DNA of 64,000 nt from Prochlorococcus sp. AG-402-K14 (GCA_003216815.1 QCIG01000007.1:3571-67570), one strand, 5' to 3'. Numbered from the stretch's first letter, positions 22,506-30,975 are shown. Numbers and translations are program-made. Notes: generated from the sequence alone by a model not told the origin.

Positions 22506-23750
22506 CTAGACGGAAACTTTTTTATTCCCTTTTTTTTTGCCTGCAATTAAAAACATAACAAATAATAGAAGCACTATAGTTCCAAAAAATGGACTTCTAG
22601 GACCTAAAAGATCGTACGAACGTCCAGCAGCTATTGCCCCAAGAAAGGTTCCCAGACTTTGTAAACCCTGAAGATTTCCTAATACAGCTCCTTGTCCTAT
22701 GGAGTTTAATCTTCGAGAGATTAGTGCCCTTAAACTGGGAGTTACTAGTCCAGTTCCCATAGCAAGTATTGCGACTCCTGTAAATACAAGCGGAATTGAA
22801 GTGTCTATATTCGCAAGTGTCAAAAGGATACATCCTGTCATTACAAAGCCAATACCAGTGAAAGTTAATCTTGATTCTCCAAATTTTTTTACTAGAGGGC
22901 CAATGAGTGCTCCTTGAACAATCATCGCGATGACTCCAACAACAATGAAAGCAGCACTACATAATTCAGGACTCCATTCAAATTTTTCTTTTAGATAAAG
23001 TACTAAAACAGCTGTAAAGCCATTAAATGCCATAAAGAAAACAAAAAATGATAAGCACAGTCTTCTAGATAAGGGATTTCTAAACACAATTAAAAGTTGA
23101 CTAATTGGATTCAAATCTCTTTTTCGTGGTAATAAATTTCTTTTGTGCTTAGGAAGTGTTTCTGGTAAAAACCAAATTACAAAAATCAGATTAAATATTG
23201 CAAATCCGCTTGCGACCCATACGGGTAAAGTAACACTAAACTTGGCTAGAGCTGTTCCTAATCCTGGTCCAAGAATAAAACCTAACCCAAACGCTACTCC
23301 AATCAAACCAAAGGTTTTTGCTCTATTTTCTGGGGTTGAAATATCTGCAAGTATGGTAGTAGCAGTAGCTGCGGTGCCCCCACTGATTCCATCAATTATT
23401 CTGGCTAAAAATAGCAAAGACAAAGGTAAAATTGAGGCCCAAAAAGGTAAATAATTATCCCAATTCAGGCTTACTGTTATTGCAAATAAACATATTCCTA
23501 TCACTGAACCTGATACGCATGTGATCATGATTGGCTTACGACCAAAACGATCACTCATAGCCCCAATCAATGGGGCAGCAGCAAATTGAGATATTGCATA
23601 AGTTCCTGTTAGAAACCCAAGAGTTGTCGCGCTTGTGGTGAATTGTTCTAATAAAAAAGGTAATAGAGGTAAAACAATAGTTTCACCTAATCGATCATCT
23701 AGAAGTGTTATGAAAGCACCTAAAAGTGTGGGAATTTTTAGCCTTCTCAA
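22506..23750 (-). CDS. MFS efflux transporter (TetA-like)
   Basis: Motif A GAMSDRFGRKP; motif C GFILGPGLG; about 12 TM segments. Confidence 0.92.
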   Translation of the reverse strand: MRRLKIPTLLGAFITLLDDRLGETIVLPLLPFLLEQFTTSATTLGFLTGTYAISQFAAAPLIGAMSDRFGRKPIMITCVSGSVIGICLFAITVSLNWDNYLPFWASILPLSLLFLARIIDGISGGTAATATTILADISTPENRAKTFGLIGVAFGLGFILGPGLGTALAKFSVTLPVWVASGFAIFNLIFVIWFLPETLPKHKRNLLPRKRDLNPISQLLIVFRNPLSRRLCLSFFVFFMAFNGFTAVLVLYLKEKFEWSPELCSAAFIVVGVIAMIVQGALIGPLVKKFGESRLTFTGIGFVMTGCILLTLANIDTSIPLVFTGVAILAMGTGLVTPSLRALISRRLNSIGQGAVLGNLQGLQSLGTFLGAIAAGRSYDLLGPRSPFFGTIVLLLFVMFLIAGKKKGNKKVSV

Positions 23751-23796
23751 AGCAAATAGCTCATAATTTATTCACCATCTCATACTGTCAGAGAAT

Positions 23797-24291
23797 TTGA
23801 CTTCATTAAATAGGATCAGTCTAAATCGATATTTACGACCTTGTGAGAGTTCTGATGAAATGTCTCTAAGAGAAGTTTATGAAGATGCTATTCGTACTTG
23901 CGATAAATCCCTGTATAGCCAAGAACAGATTGAAGCATGGTCATCTTTGGCTTATCTTCCTGGGATTTTAGACAAACCTCTCAAGAAAGGCATGGGCTGG
24001 GTGAGTTGTATTGATAAAACGATTGAAGCATTTGCTTTGAAATATCCTCGTGATCGTTTGGCATTACTTTATTGCCGAGGGCGTTCCTCACGGCAGGGGC
24101 ACGCTACAGCTCTATTACATCAAATTGAGGAAGATACTCTCAAAGATAGACCTATTAATTTAAAAACTGAGGCAAGTTTATGTAGCTATAAACTACTTTT
24201 ACGTCATGGATGGACAATTATTGCTCCAGAAGAAATTCAAATAGGTGGTGTTCATTTTTCTCGTTACTTAATGGAAAAGACTTTGTATTAA
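23797..24291 (+). CDS. GNAT acetyltransferase (YafP-like)
   Basis: YSQEQIEAW; acetyl-CoA motif RQGHATALL; TEAS; C-terminal YLMEK. Confidence 0.8.
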   Translation: MTSLNRISLNRYLRPCESSDEMSLREVYEDAIRTCDKSLYSQEQIEAWSSLAYLPGILDKPLKKGMGWVSCIDKTIEAFALKYPRDRLALLYCRGRSSRQGHATALLHQIEEDTLKDRPINLKTEASLCSYKLLLRHGWTIIAPEEIQIGGVHFSRYLMEKTLY

Positions 24292-24309
24292 ATATATTTT
24301 GAAAAGCCT

Positions 24310-25368
24310 TTATGCATCAATATTTTCTTGTCTCCAACAAATTAATTGTTCTAAGTGTTTTAAAGCAAATCCGGAATTAATTACTTCTTTTGCGTTATTA
24401 ATTCCTTCTTGAATATCAGAGCTTAACCCTGCATAAAAAAAGTAAATACCAGCATTCCACTCCAGTGCTTTAGTTAAAGGACCCTTGCCCTGAAGAGCTT
24501 GTAAAGCAAAGACCTTCCATTCTTCGATGTCGTTCCATTCAATATCTTGTCCTGAACATTTATAGTCTTTGGGATGAAAAACTGTTCTAGTTCCATGTTC
24601 ATCTTTGTACTGTCCAATTGTTGATGAACGACTAATTGAAAGATCTATCCCACCTTCAAGTCCTTTAATTGTAATTATATTCTTTTCACCCATCAGCTCT
24701 AGGGTCTTCCAATGTCTTTCTTCAGTTGGAGAATGAACATAACCACTTATATGTAGATGATTTCCTTGATGACATGTCCAGATTAATTCCATGCTTGCAA
24801 GAGGTGGTCGCTTACCTATTTGATCCCTGTAGGGAATTAAATTTTCAGCTAGTGGAAAATGATCTGGCTGATGGATCAGGGCAAGTTCATTATGGTTGAA
24901 AAAATCTTGCAGTTGTTTTATAGATAGACCGGTAAAATTGATCCCTAAGGCTTGAAAGAGTTCGTTATGTGTAACACCATATTTTACTGGCATACGAGAA
25001 CCACCATGCAAAATAACTGGCTGTTTTTGAGTTAATAATAGTAAAATTGTTAGAGGATAAATAGGTGCTGTCTTTTTCCGACCATCAAAAGGCATCCCAA
25101 AAAATATAGGTTGGCGTTGATTACTGGGCGAGTCAATCTTTGGCCCTAGTTCTATATAGGCATCAATCATCCCGGCTAATTCTTCAGGGATAGGACGTCT
25201 AATTCTATGTGCAATCATAAAGCCACCAATTTGTGCTGCACTTGCTTCTTCTTTTAGCATCAGCTTGAGAGCTGATTTGGTTTCTTCGCGAGTAAGACTT
25301 TTTCCTGTAAACTCACCACTGCCTATTTTTTTTAAATAGGTTTTAAATTCTTCATACTTGTTTGTCAT
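24310..25368 (-). CDS. Anthranilate phosphoribosyltransferase-like protein (YbiB/CnaT type)
   Basis: KKIGSGEFTGKSLTREE, AQIGGFMIAHRIR, MPFDGR and RDQIGKRPP; located beside the nitrite genes, as cnaT is in other cyanobacteria. Confidence 0.8.
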   Translation of the reverse strand: MTNKYEEFKTYLKKIGSGEFTGKSLTREETKSALKLMLKEEASAAQIGGFMIAHRIRRPIPEELAGMIDAYIELGPKIDSPSNQRQPIFFGMPFDGRKKTAPIYPLTILLLLTQKQPVILHGGSRMPVKYGVTHNELFQALGINFTGLSIKQLQDFFNHNELALIHQPDHFPLAENLIPYRDQIGKRPPLASMELIWTCHQGNHLHISGYVHSPTEERHWKTLELMGEKNIITIKGLEGGIDLSISRSSTIGQYKDEHGTRTVFHPKDYKCSGQDIEWNDIEEWKVFALQALQGKGPLTKALEWNAGIYFFYAGLSSDIQEGINNAKEVINSGFALKHLEQLICWRQENIDA

Positions 25369-25374
25369 TAGAGT

Positions 25375-26085
25375 TTATATTTCAAAGTTAAGTTGTTTTT
25401 TTGCAAGTTCTTTGCGCTCAGCATTTTTTAAATTCTTAACCAAATCTAATAGGATATTTTGACTAATTTCAGTTCCGATTGAACCAAGAGCCATTAGTCC
25501 ATAGTATGCAGACTTATCCGAGCCTTTTTGTATTACATCGCTGATAGCCATACAGATATCTAAGCTTTCACGTCTTTGAATGATTGTCAGTGTTTTGATC
25601 ACGATCTCTTCTCTGAAATCATTTAAAGGTGATTTTGCTATGTCAAGTAAATCAAAATCAGATAGTAAATGAGCTTTAAATTTTAGTAATTCTAGACCAG
25701 CAATTTTCATTTTTTCACTTTTTTCTTCTAATATTGTTTTGATAAGCTCGATCGGTAATGTTCCTCCCCAGCAAGCCAAAGCTTCTACGACTTTGATGTT
25801 TAGTGTGTCATTACTATAAAGATGGTTTAAGAGCCATTCTTTAGCATCATTTTGATAAGTAAGTCCTGCAGCAAGGATTAGTTCATCTTTATTGCCATAT
25901 GTATTAATTAGATCTTTGATTTTGATCCATCCTACTTTTGATAGTTGTCCCAAGCGAATTGCGATTTCTTGCCTGAGTTCAAAGTTAATATTTGGATTGT
26001 ATGCATTCTTAAGCCACTCAGCGCTAGGCTTGATTTTTTTTGCGTTATTAATGGTATCCCATATATTGCTTTCTTCAATAATCAT
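25375..26085 (-). CDS. HEAT-repeat-like protein linked to nitrite assimilation (NirB/NirX-like)
   Basis: Helical repeats (LRQEIAIRLG, VVEALACW, LNDFREEIV, ALGSIG); sits downstream of focA. Confidence 0.65.
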   Translation of the reverse strand: MIIEESNIWDTINNAKKIKPSAEWLKNAYNPNINFELRQEIAIRLGQLSKVGWIKIKDLINTYGNKDELILAAGLTYQNDAKEWLLNHLYSNDTLNIKVVEALACWGGTLPIELIKTILEEKSEKMKIAGLELLKFKAHLLSDFDLLDIAKSPLNDFREEIVIKTLTIIQRRESLDICMAISDVIQKGSDKSAYYGLMALGSIGTEISQNILLDLVKNLKNAERKELAKKQLNFEI

Positions 26086-26235
26086 AGAATTTAAATTTAG
26101 TGGATTAGAAAATGATTAATCAGAGTAATTTTATAAGTTACTATTTGTTTATTAATCAAGTCAAGTATCTGATTTGTTTAGAGATCAATTGAAAATCTTT
26201 TAAAGGCCTATAAATAACTACTAAATAATAGACAT

Positions 26236-26276
26236 ATTAAGAAAGCCTAGAATACAGTTTTCTAGGCTTTCTTAAT
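26236..26276 (-). terminator. Hairpin, probable terminator of the nirA-focA transcript
   Basis: Perfect 17-bp inverted repeat ATTAAGAAAGCCTAGAA / TTCTAGGCTTTCTTAAT with a 7-nt loop, 30 nt past the focA stop. Confidence 0.8.
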
Positions 26277-26306
26277 TTAGGCTGTTAAAATTTAATCTTT
26301 TTACTT

Positions 26307-27218
26307 TTACCTTGCACCAAGTTGAGCTGCCACCTCTCGTTCTAATTTTTCATCTTTAACGTCTGGTAAAACATTAGAGATAGGAGTTTTGTGAGTGCTA
26401 TAGAAAAGCATTCCAATAAATACCATACCTCCAATAATATTTCCAATCGTAACTGGTAAGAAATTCCAAAAAATTACTTTTGTAAAAGGAATACCTGATC
26501 CTAGTAGAGGGCCAGTTGTATGCAAAAACATATTAACTACTATGTGCTCCATTCCCATTGTTTGGAAGGCAGTTATTGGTAGCCAGCAAGCAAGTATCTT
26601 GCCTGGAACACTTTTACTGACAAGTGCCATTGTTACACCTAAACAAACCAGCCAGTTTGCAATTACCCCACGTAAAAATGCCAGGAAGAAACCAGTACTT
26701 CCAAGTGCTTCATATTTAACAACTGTGTTTGCTTTATGAATAGCTATTATTTTTGCTGCAACAACTGCCCATCCTTTTCCACCTTCAGCAGCACTTAATG
26801 GATCAACATTTCCAGCACTGGATAAGCTTATGGATAGTAGAACTGCAACAAATGCTGTACCAAGAAAATTACCGATCCAAACCCATAGCCAATTCCTTAC
26901 AGTTGCAGACCAAGAACTTTTTCCAGCCCATACGGCCATTGGTAGTAACGCAAAATTACCAGTAACAAGCTCCATACCGAAAAGTACGATACTTGCAAAA
27001 CCAAAAGGAAATATGAAAGAACCTAACCAAGGCATCCCAGATTGAATACCTATAGTAATTGCAAGACACGTCGCTAAACCTAAAATTGCTCCTGAATAGA
27101 AGCCTCTTACTAGCAAGTTTTTTACGCTTACAGATGATTTCTTTCCACCTGCAGCGATCATTCCATCTACTAATTCATTTGGTAGGACGTAGTCCATTTG
27201 AGACGAGCTTTGAGTCAT
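26307..27218 (-). CDS. focA: Formate/nitrite transporter family nitrite channel (FocA/NitM)
   Basis: FNT motifs GMELVTGNF, WIGNFLG, ANWLVCL, MEHIVVNMF and GNIIGG; next to nirA. Confidence 0.95.
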   Translation of the reverse strand: MTQSSSQMDYVLPNELVDGMIAAGGKKSSVSVKNLLVRGFYSGAILGLATCLAITIGIQSGMPWLGSFIFPFGFASIVLFGMELVTGNFALLPMAVWAGKSSWSATVRNWLWVWIGNFLGTAFVAVLLSISLSSAGNVDPLSAAEGGKGWAVVAAKIIAIHKANTVVKYEALGSTGFFLAFLRGVIANWLVCLGVTMALVSKSVPGKILACWLPITAFQTMGMEHIVVNMFLHTTGPLLGSGIPFTKVIFWNFLPVTIGNIIGGMVFIGMLFYSTHKTPISNVLPDVKDEKLEREVAAQLGAR

Positions 27219-27573
27219 AAATTGAGAAAATAAGAAAAATAATTTTTTATAAAATCGAATTAATTGCTAATTCGATTCATAAATTTGGAAAAGATGTCGG
27301 GGCTACCATTGGCTCTATTAACCAATGGTTTATCTTTGCCAACGTTGTTAAACCAATTAATGAAACGAGAAATAGAATCTTTAGGTAAGACGTAGTTCAT
27401 TTGAGATGTACTTTGAGTCATAAATTTAGAAAATAAGAAAAATAATTTTTTATAAAATCGAATTAATTGCTAATTCGATTCATAAATTTGGAAAAGATGT
27501 CGGGGCTACCATTGGCTCTATTAACCAATGGTTTATCTTTGCCAAGAGGACTAAACCAATTCATAAAACGAGA
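27181..27573. repeat. 203-bp-period tandem duplication across the nirA 3' end, spacer and focA 5' end
   Basis: 27181-27370 aligns without gaps to 27384-27573. 27225-27342 is identical to 27428-27545 (118 bp); the flanks have diverged by substitutions. Confidence 0.97.
27260..27421 (-). CDS. 53-aa chimeric mini-protein (FocA N-terminus plus NirA C-terminal tail)
   Basis: Manual translation: MTQSTSQMNYVLPKDSISRFINWFNNVGKDKPLVNRANGSPDIFSKFMNRISN*. Open from ATG to TAA and carries a copy of the focA upstream region. Shorter than any ORF in the track. Confidence 0.6.
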   Translation of the reverse strand: MTQSTSQMNYVLPKDSISRFINWFNNVGKDKPLVNRANGSPDIFSKFMNRISN

Positions 27574-29124
27574 GAATGAACCAGATTTATTACTTAAAAA
27601 TATTTTTTCTTTTGCCTCAAAACTTGAGATAAGTAAATCTTTTAGTACATCTTTTAATTCATCTTGAGGGACAGATTTTTTTATTAATTCTCCTAATTTA
27701 TAATTAGGGCCTTGTGATCCACCAATGCTTATATCATAAGCTTCAACAGTTTTTCCTTCTTTGTCTTTAGCTTTTTTACCCGTTAAACCAATTCCTCCCA
27801 TGTAGGCTTGGCCACAACTATTAGGGCACCCTGTCCAATGAATCTTTAATTCGTCTTTCAAATCTAATTCTTTGTCTAATTCATGCGAGATTTTTAAAGC
27901 TTGATCTTTTGTATTTGTCAGAGCGAAACCACAATAAGTATTTCCAGTACAAGAAACAGTACCTGCTGCAATTGTTTCTGGTTCTAATGGAAACTTTTGT
28001 AAGATAGATTGCTCCTTAAACTCTTGAATTAGATTTGAATCTATCCCAGTAAAAATAATATTTTGATCTTCGGTCAGTCTTATTTCTTTATCACCAAAAT
28101 TCTCAGATATATTTGCTAGATCTTGTAAATCTTCAGCCAAAAGGCGACCTACTGGCACATGAATTCCTGCATAATATTTATTTTCTTGCTTTTGAGTATG
28201 AATTCCAAAGAATGACCTTGGTTTATCTGAAAATATTGAACCTGGATCTTCTTTTAATTCTCCATATTGTTTTTCGACCAGATCTCTAAATGTCTCAATA
28301 CCAATTTTATCTAAATAAAATCTAAATCTACCTTTAGGTCTTATATTTCTTTCACCATTATCTCTCCATAGGGATATAATGATTGATGTTAATTCATAAA
28401 TCTTTTCTTCTTCTACCCAGGCATTCAAAGGCACCGCATATTCATTCATTACTGCTGAAAGTACACCTCCAATCCAAACACTAAAACCTAAAACACCATT
28501 AATTTCAACTGGATGAAAAATCAAATCATTATGTAAAAGAAAATTATCTTTAGATCCAGCTATAGCTGTGTTCCATTTTCTTGGAAGATTTGAAAATTCT
28601 GAGTTTCCTTTACCTTCTTTAGTTAAATGATCTTGCATTTTTGATGTATACTTTCTTGTGTCGATAATTTCTTCTGGATCAACTCCAGCGATGGGATTTC
28701 CAGTAACATTCCTTGGATTATCAAATCCAGATTGAGTTGTTGATATGTTTACTTTCTTTAATCTATTTAATATCTCAGGCAAATCACTAATTAAAACTCC
28801 TCTAAGTTGTATATTTTGCCTGGTTGTTATATCACAACTTCCATTATCTCCATATCTCGCAACAATTGATGCAATCACTTTTAATTGTTCTGAATTAATT
28901 ATTCCATTAGGTATTCTTAGCCTTAACATAAACTTTCCAGGTGTTTTTGGTCTCCAAAACATTCCATACCATTTCAATCTTAATTCTAAATCAGTTTTAT
29001 CCATTTCCTCCCATCCCATTTCAGCAAATTTGTCTATATCTTTTCCGATTGCGAGTCCATCTTTAGCAGCTTTATTCTTTTCAACTTGATTTAATTTTTT
29101 CCCTTCGAGATAGTATTGAACCAT
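27463..29124 (-). CDS. nirA: Ferredoxin-nitrite reductase
   Basis: Motifs FMLRLRIPNG, DITTRQNIQLR, NLPRKWN, SCTGNTYC and HWTGCPNSCGQ (siroheme/4Fe-4S cysteines). Confidence 0.98.
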   Translation of the reverse strand: MVQYYLEGKKLNQVEKNKAAKDGLAIGKDIDKFAEMGWEEMDKTDLELRLKWYGMFWRPKTPGKFMLRLRIPNGIINSEQLKVIASIVARYGDNGSCDITTRQNIQLRGVLISDLPEILNRLKKVNISTTQSGFDNPRNVTGNPIAGVDPEEIIDTRKYTSKMQDHLTKEGKGNSEFSNLPRKWNTAIAGSKDNFLLHNDLIFHPVEINGVLGFSVWIGGVLSAVMNEYAVPLNAWVEEEKIYELTSIIISLWRDNGERNIRPKGRFRFYLDKIGIETFRDLVEKQYGELKEDPGSIFSDKPRSFFGIHTQKQENKYYAGIHVPVGRLLAEDLQDLANISENFGDKEIRLTEDQNIIFTGIDSNLIQEFKEQSILQKFPLEPETIAAGTVSCTGNTYCGFALTNTKDQALKISHELDKELDLKDELKIHWTGCPNSCGQAYMGGIGLTGKKAKDKEGKTVEAYDISIGGSQGPNYKLGELIKKSVPQDELKDVLKDLLISSFEAKEKIFLSNKSGSFSRFMNWFSPLGKDKPLVNRANGSPDIFSKFMNRISN

Positions 29125-29176
29125 TAGTATTGAGATTTGACATTTATAATTAACCTCTAAAACCTAAATTCTAGAT

Positions 29177-29190
29177 GTATCAGTTTTTAC
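29177..29190. promoter_or_regulatory. NtcA box, proximal to nirA
   Basis: GTA-TCAGTTTT-TAC matches GTA-N8-TAC; 52 bp upstream of the nirA ATG. Confidence 0.75.
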
Positions 29191-29210
29191 CAAATTTTTT
29201 ATTTATTTTG

Positions 29211-29224
29211 GTATCATTCAATAC
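29211..29224. promoter_or_regulatory. NtcA box, distal to nirA
   Basis: GTA-TCATTCAA-TAC matches GTA-N8-TAC. Confidence 0.7.
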
Positions 29225-29271
29225 ATCATATCTATCCATTTAATTGATTAATTGGTTTCATAATTTCTCAT

Positions 29272-29469
29272 TTAGTATTGACGTCCAATTTCTCCGAGAC
29301 TTCTAATCGCTCCACTTTTGAGCATTTCCCAAACCTCTTTCATGGCAAAGAGGTCTCTATGAAAAGTACTTTTGAATCTTTTTCTTCCTCTGTATTGAGT
29401 GTTTCTTCGATCGACGTCCTCTCTTCGTCTAAAATTATTTGTTCCGGAGTATCTAAAATTTCTCATCAT
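29272..29469 (-). CDS. Small basic hypothetical protein upstream of nirA
   Basis: ATG ORF with an Arg-rich N-terminus and a helical C-terminus (RDLFAMKEVWEMLKSGAIRSLGEIGRQY). More protein-like than the overlapping Ser-rich + strand extension. Confidence 0.6.
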   Translation of the reverse strand: MMRNFRYSGTNNFRRREDVDRRNTQYRGRKRFKSTFHRDLFAMKEVWEMLKSGAIRSLGEIGRQY

Positions 29470-29526
29470 TTGAATTTTAATAAATTAGTTGAAAATACTA
29501 ATACATCTTCAGATGTCCATCAAAAG

Positions 29527-30171
29527 TTGTCTTTGTTACCAAATAGAATTAATTGTAAGTCTCCTCACCATTTACATTTACTAGTTCATGGTTCTCGAGG
29601 TGGTGAGATACATCCATCTCTTCTTTCTTTGGTTTACCAATTAAAAAAGCTTAAAAATCGTTCTGTTTCAATAGAGGCTTTGACTGATGACAATCCAGAA
29701 CAAATTGACATCGGTAATAGGTCAGTGTTTTTAGTTCCTCTTTTTTTGTTACCTGGAAGTCATGTTTGTATTGATGTACCAAAAATCTTTAAACGTTTGC
29801 AAGAAGAGGGACAAAATATAAAATTGTTTCCTTTCCTAGGTTCTTTTATGCCATGGCTATCATTAATAGATGATCTGATAACTAGTCAGAGCCCTTTTGT
29901 TAAACCTGCATTGATTCATCACCCAGTCTCTTCAGATACTTCAAGTGTTTTTCTTAAGTCCTTAGAAAAATTCCTCAATATTCCTCTTTATTCATGGTCT
30001 AGATGGAATCAAGATACTGTGAAAAAGGAGAAGAATTATCTTCCTATTCCCTATCTTTTGACTCCCAACAAAAATGTAGAAATTGATAGTAAAGGAGAGC
30101 AACTTAAATCCTTGCTTGAGATTGATATTATTCATCGTGGTCTTGTTAATATTTTGGGTAACTTGCCATGA
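29527..30171 (+). CDS. Sirohydrochlorin chelatase (SirB/CbiX family); start probably TTG near 29527-29533 rather than 29278
   Basis: His motifs LLVHGSRG and VPLFLLPGSHVCIDVP; stop overlaps the cobA ATG. Confidence 0.8.
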   Translation: MSLLPNRINCKSPHHLHLLVHGSRGGEIHPSLLSLVYQLKKLKNRSVSIEALTDDNPEQIDIGNRSVFLVPLFLLPGSHVCIDVPKIFKRLQEEGQNIKLFPFLGSFMPWLSLIDDLITSQSPFVKPALIHHPVSSDTSSVFLKSLEKFLNIPLYSWSRWNQDTVKKEKNYLPIPYLLTPNKNVEIDSKGEQLKSLLEIDIIHRGLVNILGNLP

Positions 30172-30953
30172 ATAAAAATCAGTTGGGTACTGTCCATCTT
30201 GTCGGAGCAGGTCCTGGTGATCCCGATTTATTAACAGTTAAAGCGCAAAAACTAATTAGTAAATGTGATGCGCTTGTATACGACTCTTTAGTTCCTGTAG
30301 AGCTACTTGAATTAGTTTCTTCAAATTGTCAACTTCATTCAGTAGGTAAGAGGCGTGGTCATCATTCGGTTCCTCAGAGGACAACGAATGATATTTTGTT
30401 TGATTTAGCAAAGGGTTATTCTTGTATTGTTAGATTAAAAGGTGGTGATCCATTTTTGTTTGGTAGGGGTGCGGAAGAGGCTTCTTATCTTCATAAAAAA
30501 GGGGTTCCAGTACAAGTAGTACCTGGGGTCACATCAGGTATAGCTGCTCCTGCTTATGTCGGGATACCTATTACTCATAGACTTGCTGGATCTTCAGTCA
30601 CTTTTGTGACTGGACATGAGGGGATTGATAAAAAACGCCCAGCTGTAAATTGGCGGTCTTTAGCGAAATCCAGTGATGGAATCGTTATATATATGGGTGT
30701 TCATAATTTAAAATTTATCTCAGCAGAGTTGATTGCTGGTGGTATGAATCCTGAGACTTCTGCGGCAGTTATTGAGCAGGGGACTGTAATTGGTCAACGT
30801 TGTATTAAGAGCCCTTTGGTAAAGCTTTTTGACCGAGTTCAAGAAGAAAATTTAAAATCTCCTGCGATTGTTGTAATAGGTTCAGTTGTGGATTTTCAAG
30901 TAGAAGCTTGCTCTCCAAAGCCAGCTGAAGTGACATTTCCAATTCCTATATAG
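30168..30953 (+). CDS. cobA: Uroporphyrinogen-III C-methyltransferase
   Basis: Motifs LVGAGPGDPDLLT, RLKGGDPFLFGRGAEE and VPGVTS. Confidence 0.96.
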   Translation: MNKNQLGTVHLVGAGPGDPDLLTVKAQKLISKCDALVYDSLVPVELLELVSSNCQLHSVGKRRGHHSVPQRTTNDILFDLAKGYSCIVRLKGGDPFLFGRGAEEASYLHKKGVPVQVVPGVTSGIAAPAYVGIPITHRLAGSSVTFVTGHEGIDKKRPAVNWRSLAKSSDGIVIYMGVHNLKFISAELIAGGMNPETSAAVIEQGTVIGQRCIKSPLVKLFDRVQEENLKSPAIVVIGSVVDFQVEACSPKPAEVTFPIPI

Positions 30954-30975
30954 ATAGTCTGTCAGATATTATTTT

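Noticed and set aside
26125-26141. NtcA box upstream of the HEAT-repeat gene
   Set aside because: The GTA...TAC spacing is 11 nt, not 8.
27181-27573. Repeat as a CRISPR array or IS end
   Set aside because: Only two long units derived from the flanking genes; no spacers, cas genes or transposase.
29278-29526. Long N-terminal extension on SirB/CbiX
   Set aside because: Low-complexity sequence better explained as the antisense of the 65-aa minus-strand ORF.
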